Source: Bugula neritina
Taxonomy: Eukaryota; Animalia; Bryozoa
Reading direction: 5' to 3'
Length of the DNA stretch: 64,000 nt
Assembly: GCA_964035545.1 (NCBI GenBank)
Contig: CAXIUT010000183.1
Location: forward strand, 496,001-560,000
In this document: positions 33,301-50,400 of the stretch, piece after piece
Layout: each line of letters starts with the position of its first letter
How positions within the stretch are numbered: the first letter of the stretch is position 1
Program-made: the position numbers and the translations under genes
Notes under the pieces: generated by a model
Seen by the model: the letters and a program-made list of their open reading frames with translations, nothing else
Told to the model about the DNA's origin: nothing
The model's database searches: none

Positions 33301-34279
33301 TATACTGTAACACATTGAAAAATACTGAAACAAACTGAAATATACTCTGACACAATGCAAATTACTGTAACATACTGAATTATGCTGTAGCACACTGAAA
33401 TACACTGCAACTCACTGAAATATACTGCAACATACTGAAAAACACTGTAACATATTGAGACATACTGCAACATACTGCAACATACTGAAATACACTGTAA
33501 CATACTGAAATACATTGCAAAATACTGCAACATATTGAAATACACTGCAACACATTGAAATATACTGCAACATACCTAAATATCCGGTAATATACTAAGA
33601 TATACTGTAACACATTGAAAAATACTGCAATGTACCGAATTATATGGTGGACTACTGAAATATACTGTAACACACTGAAAAATACTGCAAGATACTGAAA
33701 TATACTGCGACACATTGCAATATACTGTAACATACTGAAATATGCTACAGCACACTGAAATACACTGCAACTCACTGAAATATACTGCAACATATTGAAG
33801 CACACTGCAACATTCTACAACATGCTGAAACACACTGTAACGTATTGAAATACACTGCAACACATTGAAATATACAGCAACATACCGAAATATATGGTAA
33901 ACTACTGAAATAGACTGTAACACATTGCAAAAGACTGCAACATACTGAAATATACTGCGACACATTGCAATATACTGTAACATACTGAAATATGCTCTAG
34001 CACACTGAAATACACTGCAACTCACTGAAATATACTGCAACATACTGAAATACACTGCAACACATTGAAATATACTGCAACCTACAGAAATAGGTGGTAA
34101 ACTACTGAAATATACTGTAACACATTGAAAAATACTGCAACATACTGAAATATACTGCGACACATTGTAATATACTGTAACATACTGAAACATACTGTAG
34201 CACACTGAAATAGACTGCAGCTCACTGAAATATACTGCATTATACTGAAATTCACTGCAGCATCCTACAACATGCTGAA

Positions 34280-36150
34280 ATACACTGTAACATATTGAAA
34301 AATACTGCAACATACTGCAACATACTGAAATACACTGTAACATACTGAAATACATTGCAAAATACTACAACATACTGAAATACACTGTAACATACTGAAA
34401 TACACTGCAATAAACTACAACATATTGAAATACACTGCAACACATTGAAATATACTGCAACATAGCTAAATATACGGTAATATAGCGGAAAAAAACTGTA
34501 ACAGATTGACAAATTCTGCAACATACTGAAATATACTGCGACACATTGCAATATACTGTAACATACTGAAACATGCTCTAGCACACTGAAATACACTGCA
34601 ACCCACTGAAATATACTGCAACATACGGAAATACACTGCAACACATTGAAATACACTGCAACATACCAAAATAAATGGTAAACTACTGAAATATACTTTA
34701 ACACATTGAAAAATACTGCAACATACTGAAATATACTGTAACACACTGAAATATACTGCAACATACTGAAATACACTGTAACATATTGAAATACACTGCA
34801 ACAAACTACAACATATTGAAATACACTGCAACGCATTGAAAGACACTGCAACACATTGAAATATACTGCAATATACCAATATATATGGTAAACTGCTGAA
34901 ATATACTTTAACACATTGAAAAATACTGCAACATACTGAAATATACTGTAACACACTGAAATATACTGCAACATACTGAAATACACTGCTAGATACTGAA
35001 ATATACTGCAACATACTGCAACAATCTGAAATACACTGTAACATACTGAAATACACTGCAACAAACTACAACATATTGAAATACACTGCAACACATTGAA
35101 ATATACCGCAACATACCTAAATATACGGTAATATACCGAAAAAAAAACTGTAACAGATTGAAAAATTCTGCAACATACTGAAATAAACTGCAACACACTG
35201 AAATACACCGCAAAATACTACAACATACTGAAATACACTGTAACATATTGAAATACACTGCAACACTTTGAAATATACTGCAACATACCGAAATATATGG
35301 TAAACTACTAAAATATACTGTAACACTTTGAGAAATAGTGCAACACACTGAAATATACTCTGACACATTGCAATATACTGTAACATACTGAAATATGCTG
35401 TAGCACACTGAAATACATTGCAACTCACTCAAATATACTGCAACATACTGAAATACACTGTAACATATTGAAAAATACTGCAACATACTGCAACATACTG
35501 AAATACACTGTAACATACTGAAATACATTGCAAAATACTACAACATACTGAAATACACTGTAACATACTGAAATACACTGCAATAAACTACAACATATTG
35601 AAATACACTGCAACACATTGAAATATACTGCAACATACCTAAATATACGGTAATATAGCGGAAAAAAACTGTAACAGATTGACAAATTCTGCAACATACC
35701 GAAATATACTGCGACACATTGCAATATACTGTAACATACTGAAACATGCTCTAGCACACTGAAATACACTGCAACCCACTGAAATATACTGCAACATACG
35801 GAAATACGCTGCAACACATTGAAATACACTGCAACATACCAAAATAAATGGTAAACTACTGAAATATACTTTAACACATTGAAAAATACTGCAACATACT
35901 GAAATATACTGTAACACACTGAAATATACTGCAACATACTGAAATACACTGTAACATATTGAAATACACTGCAACAAACTACAACATATTGAAATACACT
36001 GCAACGCAATGAAAGACACTGCAACACATTGAAATATACTGCAATATACCAATATATATGGTAAACTGCTGAAATATACTTTAACACATTGAAAAATACT
36101 GCAACATACTGAAATATACTGTAACACACTGAAATATACTGCAACATACT
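34280..36150. repeat. Tandem duplication, period 1173 bp
   Basis: ORF offsets 34365/35538 and 34466/35639. The gcggA7 marker is at ~34485 and ~35658. Confidence 0.82.
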
Positions 36151-37650
36151 GCAACAATCTGAAATACACCGTAACATACTGAAATACACTGCAACAAACT
36201 ACAACATATTGAAATACACTGCAACACATTGAAATATACCGCAACATACCTAAATATACGGTAATATACCGAAAAAAAAACTGTAACAGATTGAAAAATT
36301 CTGCAACATACTGAAATAAACTGCAACACACTGAAATACACCGCAAAATACTACAACATACTGAAATACACTGTAACATATTGAAATACACTGCAACACT
36401 TTGAAATATACTGCAACATACCGAAATATATGTTAAACTACTAAAATATACTGTAACACTTTGAAAAACAGTGCAACATACTGAAATATACTGCGACATT
36501 TTGCAATGTACTGTAACATACTGAAATATGCTGTAGCACACTGAAATACACTGCAACTCACTGAAATATACTGCAACATATTGAAATACACTGCAACATC
36601 CTACAACATGCTAAAATACACTGTAACATATTGAAATACAGTACAACACATTGAAATATACTGCAACATACCGGAATATATGGTAAAGTACTGAAATATA
36701 CTGTAACACACTGAAAAATACTGCAACATACTGAAATATACTGCGACACATTGCAATATACCGCAACATACCAAAATATATGGTAAACTACTGAAATATA
36801 CTTTAACACATTGAAAAATACTGCAACATACTGAAATATACTGTAACACACTGAAATATACTGCAACATACTGAAATACACTGTAACATACTGAAATAAA
36901 CTGCAACATACCAAAATATATGGTAAACAACTGAAATATGCTTCAACACATTGAAAAATCCTGCAACATACTAAAATATACTGTAACACACTGCAAGATA
37001 CTGCAACATACCGAAATACACTGTAACATAGTGAAACACACTGCAACATACTGCATTATACTGACATACACTGGAACATATTGAAATACACTGCAACATC
37101 CTACAACATGCTGAAATACGCTGTAACATATTGAAATACACTGCAACACATTGAAAAATACTGCAACATACCGAAATATATGGTAAACTATTGAATTATA
37201 CTGTAACACATTGAAAAATACTGAAACAAACTGAAATATACTCTGACACAATGCAAAATACTGTAACATACTGAAATATGCTGTAGCACACTGAAATACA
37301 CTGCAACTCACTGAAATATACTGCAACATACTGAAAAACACTGTAACATATTGAGACATACTGCAACATACTGCAACATACTGAAATACACTGTAACATA
37401 CTGAAATACATTGCAAAATACTGCAACATATTGAAATACACTACAACACATTGAAATATACTGCAACATACCTAAATATCCGGTAATATACTGAGATATA
37501 CTGTAACACATTGAAAAATACTGCAACATACTGAAATACACTGCAACCCACTGGAATACATCGCAAAAGACTACAACATACTGAAATACACTGTAACATA
37601 TTGAAATACACTGCAACACATTGAAATATACTGCAACCTATAGAAATATA

Positions 37651-38400
37651 TGGTAAACTACTGAAATATACTGTAACACATTGAAAAATACTGCAACATA
37701 CTGAAACATACTGCGACACATTGCAATATACTGTAACATACTGAAACATGCTGTAGCACACTGAAATAGACTGCAGCTCACTGAAATATACTGCAACATA
37801 CTGAAATTCACTGCAGCATCCTACAACATGCTGAAATACACTGTAACATATTGAAATACACTGCAACACATTGAAATATACTGCAACATACCGCAATATA
37901 TGGTAAACTACTGAAATATACTGTAACACATTGAAAAATACTGCATCATACTGAAATATACTGCGACATAATGCAATATTCTGTAACATACTGAGATATG
38001 CTGTAGCACACTGAAATACACTACAACTCACTGAAACATACTGCAACATACTGAAATACACTGTAACATCCTACAACATACTGAAATACACAGTAACATA
38101 TTGAAATACACTGCAACACATTGAAATATACTGCAACATACCTAAATATACGGTAATATACTGAAATATACTGTAACACATTGAAAAATACTGCAAGATA
38201 CTGAAATATACTGTGACACATTGCAATATACTGTAACATACTGAAATATGCTCAAGCACACTGAAACACACTGCACCTCACTGAAACATACTGCAACATA
38301 CTGAAATACACTGCAACATCCTACAACATACTGAAATACACTGCAACATATTGAAAGACACTGCAAGACAATGAAATATACTGCAACATACTGAAATATA
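37651..38400. repeat. Three consecutive copies of the 250-bp (25-decamer) higher-order unit; representative locus
   Basis: Landmark decamers lie at 37651 (tggtaaacta), 37901 (tggtaaacta) and 38151 (cggtaatata). The same ordered variants follow each one: ttgaaaaata, ctgcgacaca/ttgcaatata, ctgtagcaca, ctgcaactca-like, catc-ctacaac. The 250-bp spacing also occurs at 1001/1251, 2083/2333 and 21333/21583. Confidence 0.9.
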
Positions 38401-41400
38401 CTGTAACACACTGAAATATACTGCAACATACTGAAATACACTGCTACATACTGAAATATACTGCAACATACTGCAACATACTGAAATACACTGTAACATA
38501 CTGAAATACACTGCAACAAACTACAACATATTGAAATACACTGCAACACATTGAAATATACTGCAACATACCTAAATATACGGTAATATAGCGGAAAAAA
38601 ACTGTAACAGATTGACAAATTCTGCAACATACTGAAATATACTGCGACACATTGCAATATACTGTAACATACTGAAACATGCTCTAGCACACTGAAATAC
38701 ACTGCAACCCACTGAAATATACTGCAACATACGGAAATACACTGCAACACATTGAAATACACTGCAACATACCAAAATAAATGGTAAACTACTGAAATAT
38801 GCTTTAACACATTGAAAAATACTGCAACATACTGAAATATACTGTAACACACTGAAATATACTGCAACATACTGAAATACACTGTAACATATTGAAATAC
38901 ACTGCAACAAACTACAACATATTGAAATACACTGCAACGCATTGAAAGACACTGCAACACATTGAAATATACTGCAATATACCAATATATATGGTAAACT
39001 GCTGAAATATACTTTAACACATTGAAAAATACTGCAACATACTGAAATATACTGTAACACACTGAAATATACTGCAACATACTGCAACAATCTGAAATAC
39101 ACTGTAACATACTGAAATACACTGCAACAAACTACAACATATTGAAATACACTGCAACACATTGAAATATACTGCAACATACCTAAATATACGGTAATAT
39201 ACCGAAAAAAAACTGTAACAGATTGAAAAATTCTGCAACATACTGAAATAAACTGCAACACACTGAAATACACCGCAAAATACTACAACATGCTGAAATA
39301 CACTGTAACATACTGAAATACACTGCAACACTTTGAAATATACTGCAACATACCGAAATATATGTTAAACTACTAAAATATACTGTAACACTTTGAAAAA
39401 CAGTGCAACATACTGAAATATACTGCGACACTTTGCAATGTACTGTAACATACTGAAATATGCTGTAGCACACTGAAATACACTGCAACTCACTGAAATA
39501 TACTGCAACATATTGAAATACACTGCAACATCCTACAACATGCTAAAATACAAGGTAACATATTGAAATACAGTACAACACGTTGAAATATACTGCAACA
39601 TACCGGAATATATGGTAAAGTACTGAAATATACTGTAACACACTGAAAAATACTGCAACATACTGAAATATACTGCGACACATTGCAATATACTGCAACA
39701 TACCAAAATATATGGTAAACTACTGAAATATACTTTAACACATTGAAAAATACTGCAACATACTGAAATATACTGTAACACACTGAAATATACTGCAACA
39801 TACTGAAATACACTGTAACATACTGAAATAAACTGCAACATACCAAAATACATGGTAAACTACTGAAATATACTTTAACACATTGAAAAATCCTGCAACA
39901 TACTAAAATATACTGCGACACATTGCAATATACTGTAACATACTGAAATATGCTCTAGCACACTGAAATACACTGCAACTCACTGAAATATACTGCAACA
40001 TACTGAAATACACTGCAACACATTGAAATATACTGCAACCTACAGAAATAGGTGGTAAACTACTGAAATATACTGTAACACATTGAAAAATACTGCAACA
40101 TACTGAAATATACTGCGACACATTGTAATATACTGTAACATACTGAAACATACTGTAGCACACTGAAATAGACTGCAGCTCACTGAAATATACTGCATTA
40201 TACTGAAATTTACTGCAGCATCCTACAACATGCTGAAATACACTGTAACATATTGAAATACACTGCAACAAACTACAACATATTGAAATACACTGCAACG
40301 CATTGAAAGACACTGCAACACATTGAAATATACTGCAATATACCAATATATATGGTAAACTGCTGAAATATACTTTAACACATTGAAAAATACTGCAACA
40401 TACTGAAATATACTGTAACACACTGAAATATACTGCAACATACTGAAATACACTGCTAGATACTGAAATATACTGCAACATACTGCAACAATCTGAAATA
40501 CACTGTAACATACTGAAATACACTGCAACAAACTACAACATATTGAAATACACTGCAACACATTGAAATATACCGCAACATACCTAAATATACGATAATA
40601 TACCGAAAAAAAAACTGTAACAGATTGAAAAATTCTGCAACATACTGAAATAAACTGCAACACACTGAAATACACCGCAAAATACTACAACATACTGAAA
40701 TACACTGTAACATATTGAAATACACTGCAACACTTTGAAATATACTGCAACATACCGAAATATATGTTAAACTACTAAAATATACTGTAACACTTTGAAA
40801 AACAGTGCAACATACTGAAATATACTGCGACATTTTGCAATGTACTGTAACATACTGAAATATGCTGTAGCACACTGAAATACACTGCAACTCACTGAAA
40901 TATACTGCAACATACTGAAAAACACTGTAACATATTGAGACATACTGCAACATACTGCAACATACTGAAATACACTGTAACATACTGAAATACATTGCAA
41001 AATACTGCAACATATTGAAATACACTGCAACACATTGAAATATACTGCAACATACCTAAATATCCGATAATATACTGAGATATACTGTAACACATTGAAA
41101 AATACTGCAACATACTGAAATACACTGCAACCCACTGGAATACATCGCAAAAGACTACAACATACTGAAATACACTGTAACATATTGAAATACACTGCAA
41201 CACATTGAAATATACTGCAACCTATAGAAATATATGGTAAACTACTGAAATATACTGTAACACATTGAAAAATACTGCAACATACTGAAACATACTGCGA
41301 CACATTGCAATATACTGTAACATACTGAAACATGCTGTAGCACACTGAAATAGACTGCAGCTCACTGAAATATACTGCAACATACTGAAATTCACTGCAG

Positions 41401-44400
41401 CATCCTACAACATGCTGAAATACACTGTAACATATTGAAATACACTGCAACACATTGAAATATACTGCAACATACCGCAATATATGGTAAACTACTGAAA
41501 TATACTGTAACACATTGAAAAATACTGCATCATACTGAAATAAACTGCGACATAATGCAATATTCTGTAACATACTGAGATATGCTGTAGCACACTGAAA
41601 TACACTACAACTCACTGAAACATACTGCAACATACTGAAATACACTGTAACATCCTACAACATACTGAAATACACAGTAACATATTGAAATACACTGCAA
41701 CACATTGAAATATACTGCAACATACCTAAATATACGGTAATATACTGAAATATACTGTAACACATTGAAAAATACTGCAAGATACTGAAATATACTGTGA
41801 CACATTGCAATATACTGTAACATACTGAAATATGCTCAAGCACACTGAAACACACTGCACCTCACTGAAACATACTGCAACATACTGAAATACACTGCAA
41901 CATCCTACAACATACTGAAATACACTGCAACATATTGAAAGACACTGCAAGACAATGAAATATACTGCAACATACTGAAATATACTGTAACACACTGAAA
42001 TACACTGCAACATACTGAAATACACTGCTACATACTGAAATATACTGCAACATACTGCAACATACTGAAATACACTGTAACATACTGAAATACACTGCAA
42101 CAAACTACAACATATTGAAATACACTGCAACACATTGAAATATACTGCAACATACCTAAATATACGGTAATATAGCGGAAAAAAACTGTAACAGATTTAC
42201 AAATTCTGCAACATACTGAAATATACTGCGACACATTGCAATATACTGTAACATACTGAAATATGCTCTAGCACACTGAAATACACTGCAACCCACTGAA
42301 ATATACTGCAACATACGGAAATACACTGCAACACATTGAAATACACTGCAACATACCAAAATAAATGGTAAACTACTGAAATATACTTTAACACATTGAA
42401 AAATACTGCAACATACTGAAATATACTGTAACACACTGAAATATACTGCAAAATACTGAAATACACTGTAACATATTGAAATACACTGCAACAAACTACA
42501 ACATATTGAAATACACTGCAACGCATTGAAAGACACTGCAACACATTGAAATATACTGCAATATACCAATATATATGGTAAACTGCTGAAATATACTTTA
42601 ACACATTGAAAAATACTGCAACATACTGAAATATACTGTAACACACTGAAATATACTGCAACATACTGCAACAATCTGAAATACACTGTAACATACTGAA
42701 ATACACTGCAACAAACTACAACATATTGAAATACACTGCAACACATTGAAATATACTGCAACATACCTAAATATACGGTAATATACCGAAAAAAAACTGT
42801 AACAGATTGAAAAATTCTGCAACATACTGAAATAAACTGCAACACACTGAAATACATCGCAAAATACTACAACATGCTGAAATACACTGTAACATATTGA
42901 AATACACTGCAACACTTTGAAATATACTGCAACATACCGAAATATATGTTAAACTACTAAAATATACTGTAACACTTTGAAAAACAGTGTAACATACTGA
43001 AATATACTGCGACACTTTGCAGTGTACTGTAACATACTGAAATATGCTGTAGCACACTGAAATACACTGCAACTCACTGAAATATACTGCAACATATTGA
43101 AATACACTGCAACATCCTACAACATGCTAAAATACACGGTAACATATTGAAATACAGTACAACACGTTGAAATATACTGCAACATACCGGAATACATGGT
43201 AAAGTACTGAAATATACTGTAACACACTGAAAAATACTGCAACATACTGAAATATACTGCGACACATTGCAATATACTGCAACATACCAAAATATATGGT
43301 AAACTACTGAAATATACTTTAACACATTGAAAAATACTGCAATATACTGAAATATACTGTAACACACTGAAATATACTGCAACATACTGAAATACACTGT
43401 AACATACTGAAATAAACTGCAACATACCAAAATATATGGTAAACTACTGAAATATACTTTAACACATTGAAAAATCCTGCAACATACTAAAATATACTGT
43501 AACACACTGCAAGATACTGCAACATACCGAAATACACTGTAACATAGTGAAACACACTGCAACATACTGCATTATACTGACATACACTGGAACATATTGA
43601 AATACACTGCAACATCCTACAACATGCTGAAATGCGCTGTAACATATTGAAATACACTGCAACACATTGAAAAATACTGCAACATACCGAAATATATGGT
43701 AAACTATTGAATTATACTGTAACACATTGAAAAATACTGGAACACACTGAAATATACTCTGACACAATGCAAAATACTGTAACATACTGAAATATGCTGT
43801 AGCACACTGAAATACACTGCAACTCACTGAAATATACTGCAACATACTGAAAAACACTGTAACATATTGAGACATACTGCAACATACTGCAACATACTGA
43901 AATACACTGTAACATCCTGAAATACATTGCAAAATACTGCAACATATTGAAATACACTGTAACACATTGAAAAATACTGCAACATACTGAAATACACTGC
44001 AACCCACTGAAATACATCGCAAAAGACTACAACATACTGAAATACACTGTAACATATATTCAATACACTGCAACACATTGAAATATACTGCAACCTATAG
44101 AAATATATGGTAAACTACTGAAATATACTGTAACGCATTGAAAAATACTGCAACATACTGAAATATACTGTAACAAACTGAAATATACTGCAACATACTG
44201 AAATACACTGTAACATACTGAAATAAACTGCAACATACTGAAGTACACTGCAACATCCTACAACATACTGAAATACAATGTAACATATTGAAACACACTG
44301 CAACACATTGAAATATACTGCCATGTACCGAATTATATGGTGGACTACTGAAATATACTGTAACACATTGAAAAATACTGCAAGATACTGAAATATACTG

Positions 44401-47400
44401 CGACACATTGCAATATACTGTAACATACTGAAATATACTGTAACACACTGAAATACACTGCAACTCACTGAAATATACTGCAATATACTGAAATACACTG
44501 CAACATCCTACAACATACTGAAATACACTGCAACATATTGAAAGACACTGCAACACATTGAAATATACTGCAACATACCAAAATATATGGTAAACTACTG
44601 AAATATACTTTAACACATTGGAAAATACTGAAATATACTGTAACACACTGAAAAACACTGCAAAACACTACAACATATTGAAATACACTGCAACACATTG
44701 AAAAATACCGCAACATACTGAAATATACTGTGACACATTACAATATACTGCAACATACTGAAATACACTGTAACATACTGAAATACACTTCAACACATTG
44801 AAAAATACCGCAACATACTGAAATATACTGTGACACATTACAATATACTGCAACATACTGAAATACACTGTAACATACTGAAATAAACTGTAACACATTG
44901 AAAAATACTGCATCATACTGAAATATACTGCGACATAATGCAATATTCTGTAACATACTGAGATATGCTGTAGCACACTGAAATACACTACAACTCACTG
45001 AAACATACTGCAACATACTGAAATACACTGTAACATCCTACAACATACTGAAATACACAGTAACATATTGAAATACACTGCAACACATTGAAATATACTG
45101 CAACATACCTAAATATACGGTAATATACTGAAATATACTGTAACACATTGAAAATACTGCAAGATACTGAAATATACTGTGACACATTGCAATATACTGT
45201 AACATACTGAAATATGCTCAAGCACACTGAAACACACTGCACCTCACTGAAACATACTGCAACATACTGAAATACACTGCAACATCCTACAACATACTGA
45301 AATACACTGCAACATATTGAAAGACACTGCAAGACAATGAAATATACTGCAACATACTGAAATATACTGTAACACACTGAAATATACTGCAACATACTGA
45401 AATACACTGCTACATACTGAAATATACTGCAACATACTGCAACATACTGAAATACACTGTAACATACTGAAATACACTGCAACAAACTACAACATATTGA
45501 AATACACTGCAACACATTGAAATATACTGCAACATACCTAAATATACGGTAATATAGCGGAAAAAAACTGTAACAGATTGACAAATTCTGCAACATACTG
45601 AAATATACTGCGACACATTGCAATATACTGTAACATACTGAAACATGCTCTAGCACACTGAAATACACTGCAACCCACTGAAATATACTGCAACATACGG
45701 AAATACACTGCAACACATTGAAATACACTGCAACATACCAAAATAAATGGTAAACTACTGAAATATACTTTAACACATTGAAAAATACTGCAACATACTG
45801 AAATATACTGTAACACACTGAAATATACTGCAACATACTGAAATACACTGTAACATATTGAAATACACTGCAACAAACTACAACATATTGAAATACACTG
45901 CAACGCATTGAAAGACACTGCAACACATTGAAATATACTGCAATATACCAATATATATGGTAAACTGCTGAAATATACTTTAACACATTGAAAAATACTG
46001 CAACATACTGAAATATACTGTAACACACTGAAATATACTGCAACATACTGCAACAATCTGAAATACACCGTAACATACTGAAATACACTGCAACAAACTA
46101 CAACATATTGAAATACACTGCAACACATTGAAATATACTGCAACATACCTAAATATACGGTAATATACCGAAAAAAAACTGTAACAGATTGAAAAATTCT
46201 GCAACATACTGAAATAAACTGCAACACACTGAAATACACCGCAAAATACTACAACATGCTGAAATACACTGTAACATATTGAAATACACTGCAACACTTT
46301 GAAATATACTGCAACATACCGAAATATATGTTAAACTACTAAAATATACTGTAACACTTTGAAAAACAGTGCAACATACTGAAATATACTGCGACACTTT
46401 GCAATGTACTGTAACATACTGAAATATGCTGTAGCACACTGAAATACACTGCAACTCACTGAAATATACTGCAACATATTGAAATACACTGCAACATCCT
46501 ACAACATGCTAAAATACACGGTAACATATTGAAATACAGTACAACACGTTGAAATATACTGCAACATACCGGAATATATGGTAAAGTACTGAAATATACT
46601 GTAACACACTGAAAAATACTGCAACATACTGAAATATACTGCGACACATTGCAATATACTGCAACATACCAAAATATATGGTAAACTACTGAAATATACT
46701 TTAACACATTGAAAAATACTGCAACATACTGAAATATACTGTAACACACTGAAATATACTGCAACATACTGAAATACACTGTAACATACTGAAATAAACT
46801 GCAACATACCAAAATACATGGTAAACTACTGAAATATACTTTAACACATTGAAAAATCCTGCAACATACTAAAATATACTGCGACACATTGCAATATACT
46901 GTAACATACTGAAATATGCTCTAGCACACTGAAATACACTGCAACTCACTGAAATATACTGCAACATACTGAAATACACTGCAACACATTGAAATATACT
47001 GCAACCTACAGAAATAGGTGGTAAACTACTGAAATATACTGTAACACATTGAAAAATACTGCAACATACTGAAATATACTGCGACACATTGTAATATACT
47101 GTAACATACTGAAACATACTGTAGCACACTGAAATAGACTGCAGCTCACTGAAATATACTGCATTATACTGAAATTCACTGCAGCATCCTACAACATGCT
47201 GAAATACACTGTAACATATTGAAATACACTGCAACAAACTACAACATATTGAAATACACTGCAACGCATTGAAAGACACTGCAACACATTGAAATATACT
47301 GCAATATACCAATATATATGGTAAACTGCTGAAATATACTTTAACACATTGAAAAATACTGCAACATACTGAAATATACTGTAACACACTGAAATATACT

Positions 47401-50400
47401 GCAACATACTGAAATACACTGCTAGATACTGAAATATACTGCAACATACTGCAACAATCTGAAATACACTGTAACATACTGAAATACACTGCAACAAACT
47501 ACAACATATTGAAATACACTGCAACACATTGAAATATACCGCAACATACCTAAATATACGATAATATACCGAAAAAAAAACTGTAACAGATTGAAAAATT
47601 CTGCAACATACTGAAATAAACTGCAACACACTGAAATACACCGCAAAATACTACAACATACTGAAATACACTGTAACATATTGAAATACACTGCAACACT
47701 TTGAAATATACTGCAACATACCGAAATATATGTTAAACTACTAAAATATACTGTAACACTTTGAAAAACAGTGCAACATACTGAAATATACTGCGACATT
47801 TTGCAATGTACTGTAACATACTGAAATATGCTGTAGCACACTGAAATACACTGCAACTCACTGAAATATACTGCAACATACTGAAAAACACTGTAACATA
47901 TTGAGACATACTGCAACATACTGCAACATACTGAAATACACTGTAACATACTGAAATACATTGCAAAATACTGCAACATATTGAAATACACTGCAACACA
48001 TTGAAATATACTGCAACATACCTAAATATCCGGTAATATACTGAGATATACTGTAACACATTGAAAAATACTGCAACATACTGAAATACACTGCAACCCA
48101 CTGGAATACATCGCAAAAGACTACAACATACTGAAATACACTGTAACATATTGAAATACACTGCAACACATTGAAATATACTGCAACCTATAGAAATATA
48201 TGGTAAACTACTGAAATATACTGTAACACATTGAAAAATACTGCAACATACTGAAACATACTGCGACACATTGCAATATACTGTAACATACTGAAACATG
48301 CTGTAGCACACTGAAATAGACTGCAGCTCACTGAAATATACTGCAACATACTGAAATTCACTGCAGCATCCTACAACATGCTGAAATACACTGTAACATA
48401 TTGAAATACACTGCAACACATTGAAATATACTGCAACATACCGCAATATATGGTAAACTACTGAAATATACTGTAACACATTGAAAAATACTGCATCATA
48501 CTGAAATAAACTGCGACATAATGCAATATTCTGTAACATACTGAGATATGCTGTAGCACACTGAAATACACTACAACTCACTCAAACATACTGCAACATA
48601 CTGAAATACACTGTAACATCCTACAACATACTGAAATACACAGTAACATATTGAAATACACTGCAACACATTGAAATATACTGCAACATACCTAAATATA
48701 CGGTAATATACTGAAATATACTGTAACACATTGAAAAATACTGCAAGATACTGAAATATACTGTGACACATTGCAATATACTGTAACATACTGAAATATG
48801 CTCAAGCACACTGAAACACACTGCACCTCACTGAAACATACTGCAACATACTGAAATACACTGCAACATCCTACAACATACTGAAATACACTGCAACATA
48901 TTGAAAGACACTGCAAGACAATGAAATATACTGCAACATACTGAAATATACTGTAACACACTGAAATATACTGCAACATACTGAAATACACTGCTACATA
49001 CTGAAATATACTGCAACATACTGCAACATACTGAAATACACTGTAACATACTGAAATACACTGCAACAAACTACAACATATTGAAATACACTGCAACACA
49101 TTGAAATATACTGCAACATACTTAAATATACGGTAATATAGCGGAAAAAAACTGTAACAGATTTACAAATTCTGCAACATACTGAAATATACTGCGACAC
49201 ATTGCAATATACTGTAACATACTGAAATATGCTCTAGCACACTGAAATACACTGCAACCCACTGAAATATACTGCAACATACGGAAATACACTGCAACAC
49301 ATTGAAATACACTGCAACATACCAAAATAAATGGTAAACTACTGAAATATACTTTAACACATTGAAAAATACTGCAACATACTGAAATATACTGTAACAC
49401 ACTGAAATATACTGCAAAATACTGAAATACACTGTAACATATTGAAATACACTGCAACAAACTACAACATATTGAAATACACTGCAACGCATTGAAAGAC
49501 ACTGCAACACATTGAAATATCCTGCAATATACCAATATATATGGTAAACTGCTGAAATATACTTTAACCCTTTGAAAAATACTGCAACATACTGAAATAT
49601 ACTGTAACACACTGAAATATACTGCAACATACTGCAACAATCTGAAATACACTGTAACATACTGAAATACACTGCAACAAACTACAACATATTGAAATAC
49701 ACTGCAACACATTGAAATATACTGCAACATACCTAAATATACGGTAATATACCGAAAAAAAACTGTAACAGATTGAAAAATTCTGCAACATACTGAAATA
49801 AACTGCAACACACTGAAATACACCGCAAAATACTACAACATGCTGAAATACACTGTAACATATTGAAATACACTGCAACACTTTGAAATATACTGCAACA
49901 TACCGAAATATATGTTAAACTACTAAAATATACTGTAACACTTTGAAAAACAGTGTAACATACTGAAATATACTGCGACACTTTGCAGTGTACTGTAACA
50001 TACTGAAATATGCTGTAGCACACTGAAATACACTGCAACTCACTGAAATATACTGCAACATATTGAAATACACTGCAACATCCTACAACATGCTAAAATA
50101 CACGGTAACATATTGAAATACAGTACAACACGTTGAAATATACTGCAACATACCGGAATACATGGTAAAGTACTGAAATATACTGTAACACACTGAAAAA
50201 TACTGCAACATACTGAAATATACTGCGACACATTGCAATATACTGCAACATACCAAAATATATGGTAAACTACTGAAATATACTTTAACACATTGAAAAA
50301 TACTGCAATATACTGAAATATACTGTAACACACTGAAATATACTGCAACATACTGAAATACACTGTAACATACTGAAATAAACTGCAACATACCAAAATA

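Larger units (their letters stand above)
18540..34280. repeat. About 7.1-kb block (~18540-25630) duplicated at ~27340-34280; offset 8800 then 8648 (152-bp deletion near 29020)
   Basis: ORF offsets are 8800 for 18682/27482, 19062/27862 and 19831/28631, and 8648 for 20909/29557, 22621/31269, 24014/32662 and 25604/34252. Confidence 0.9.
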
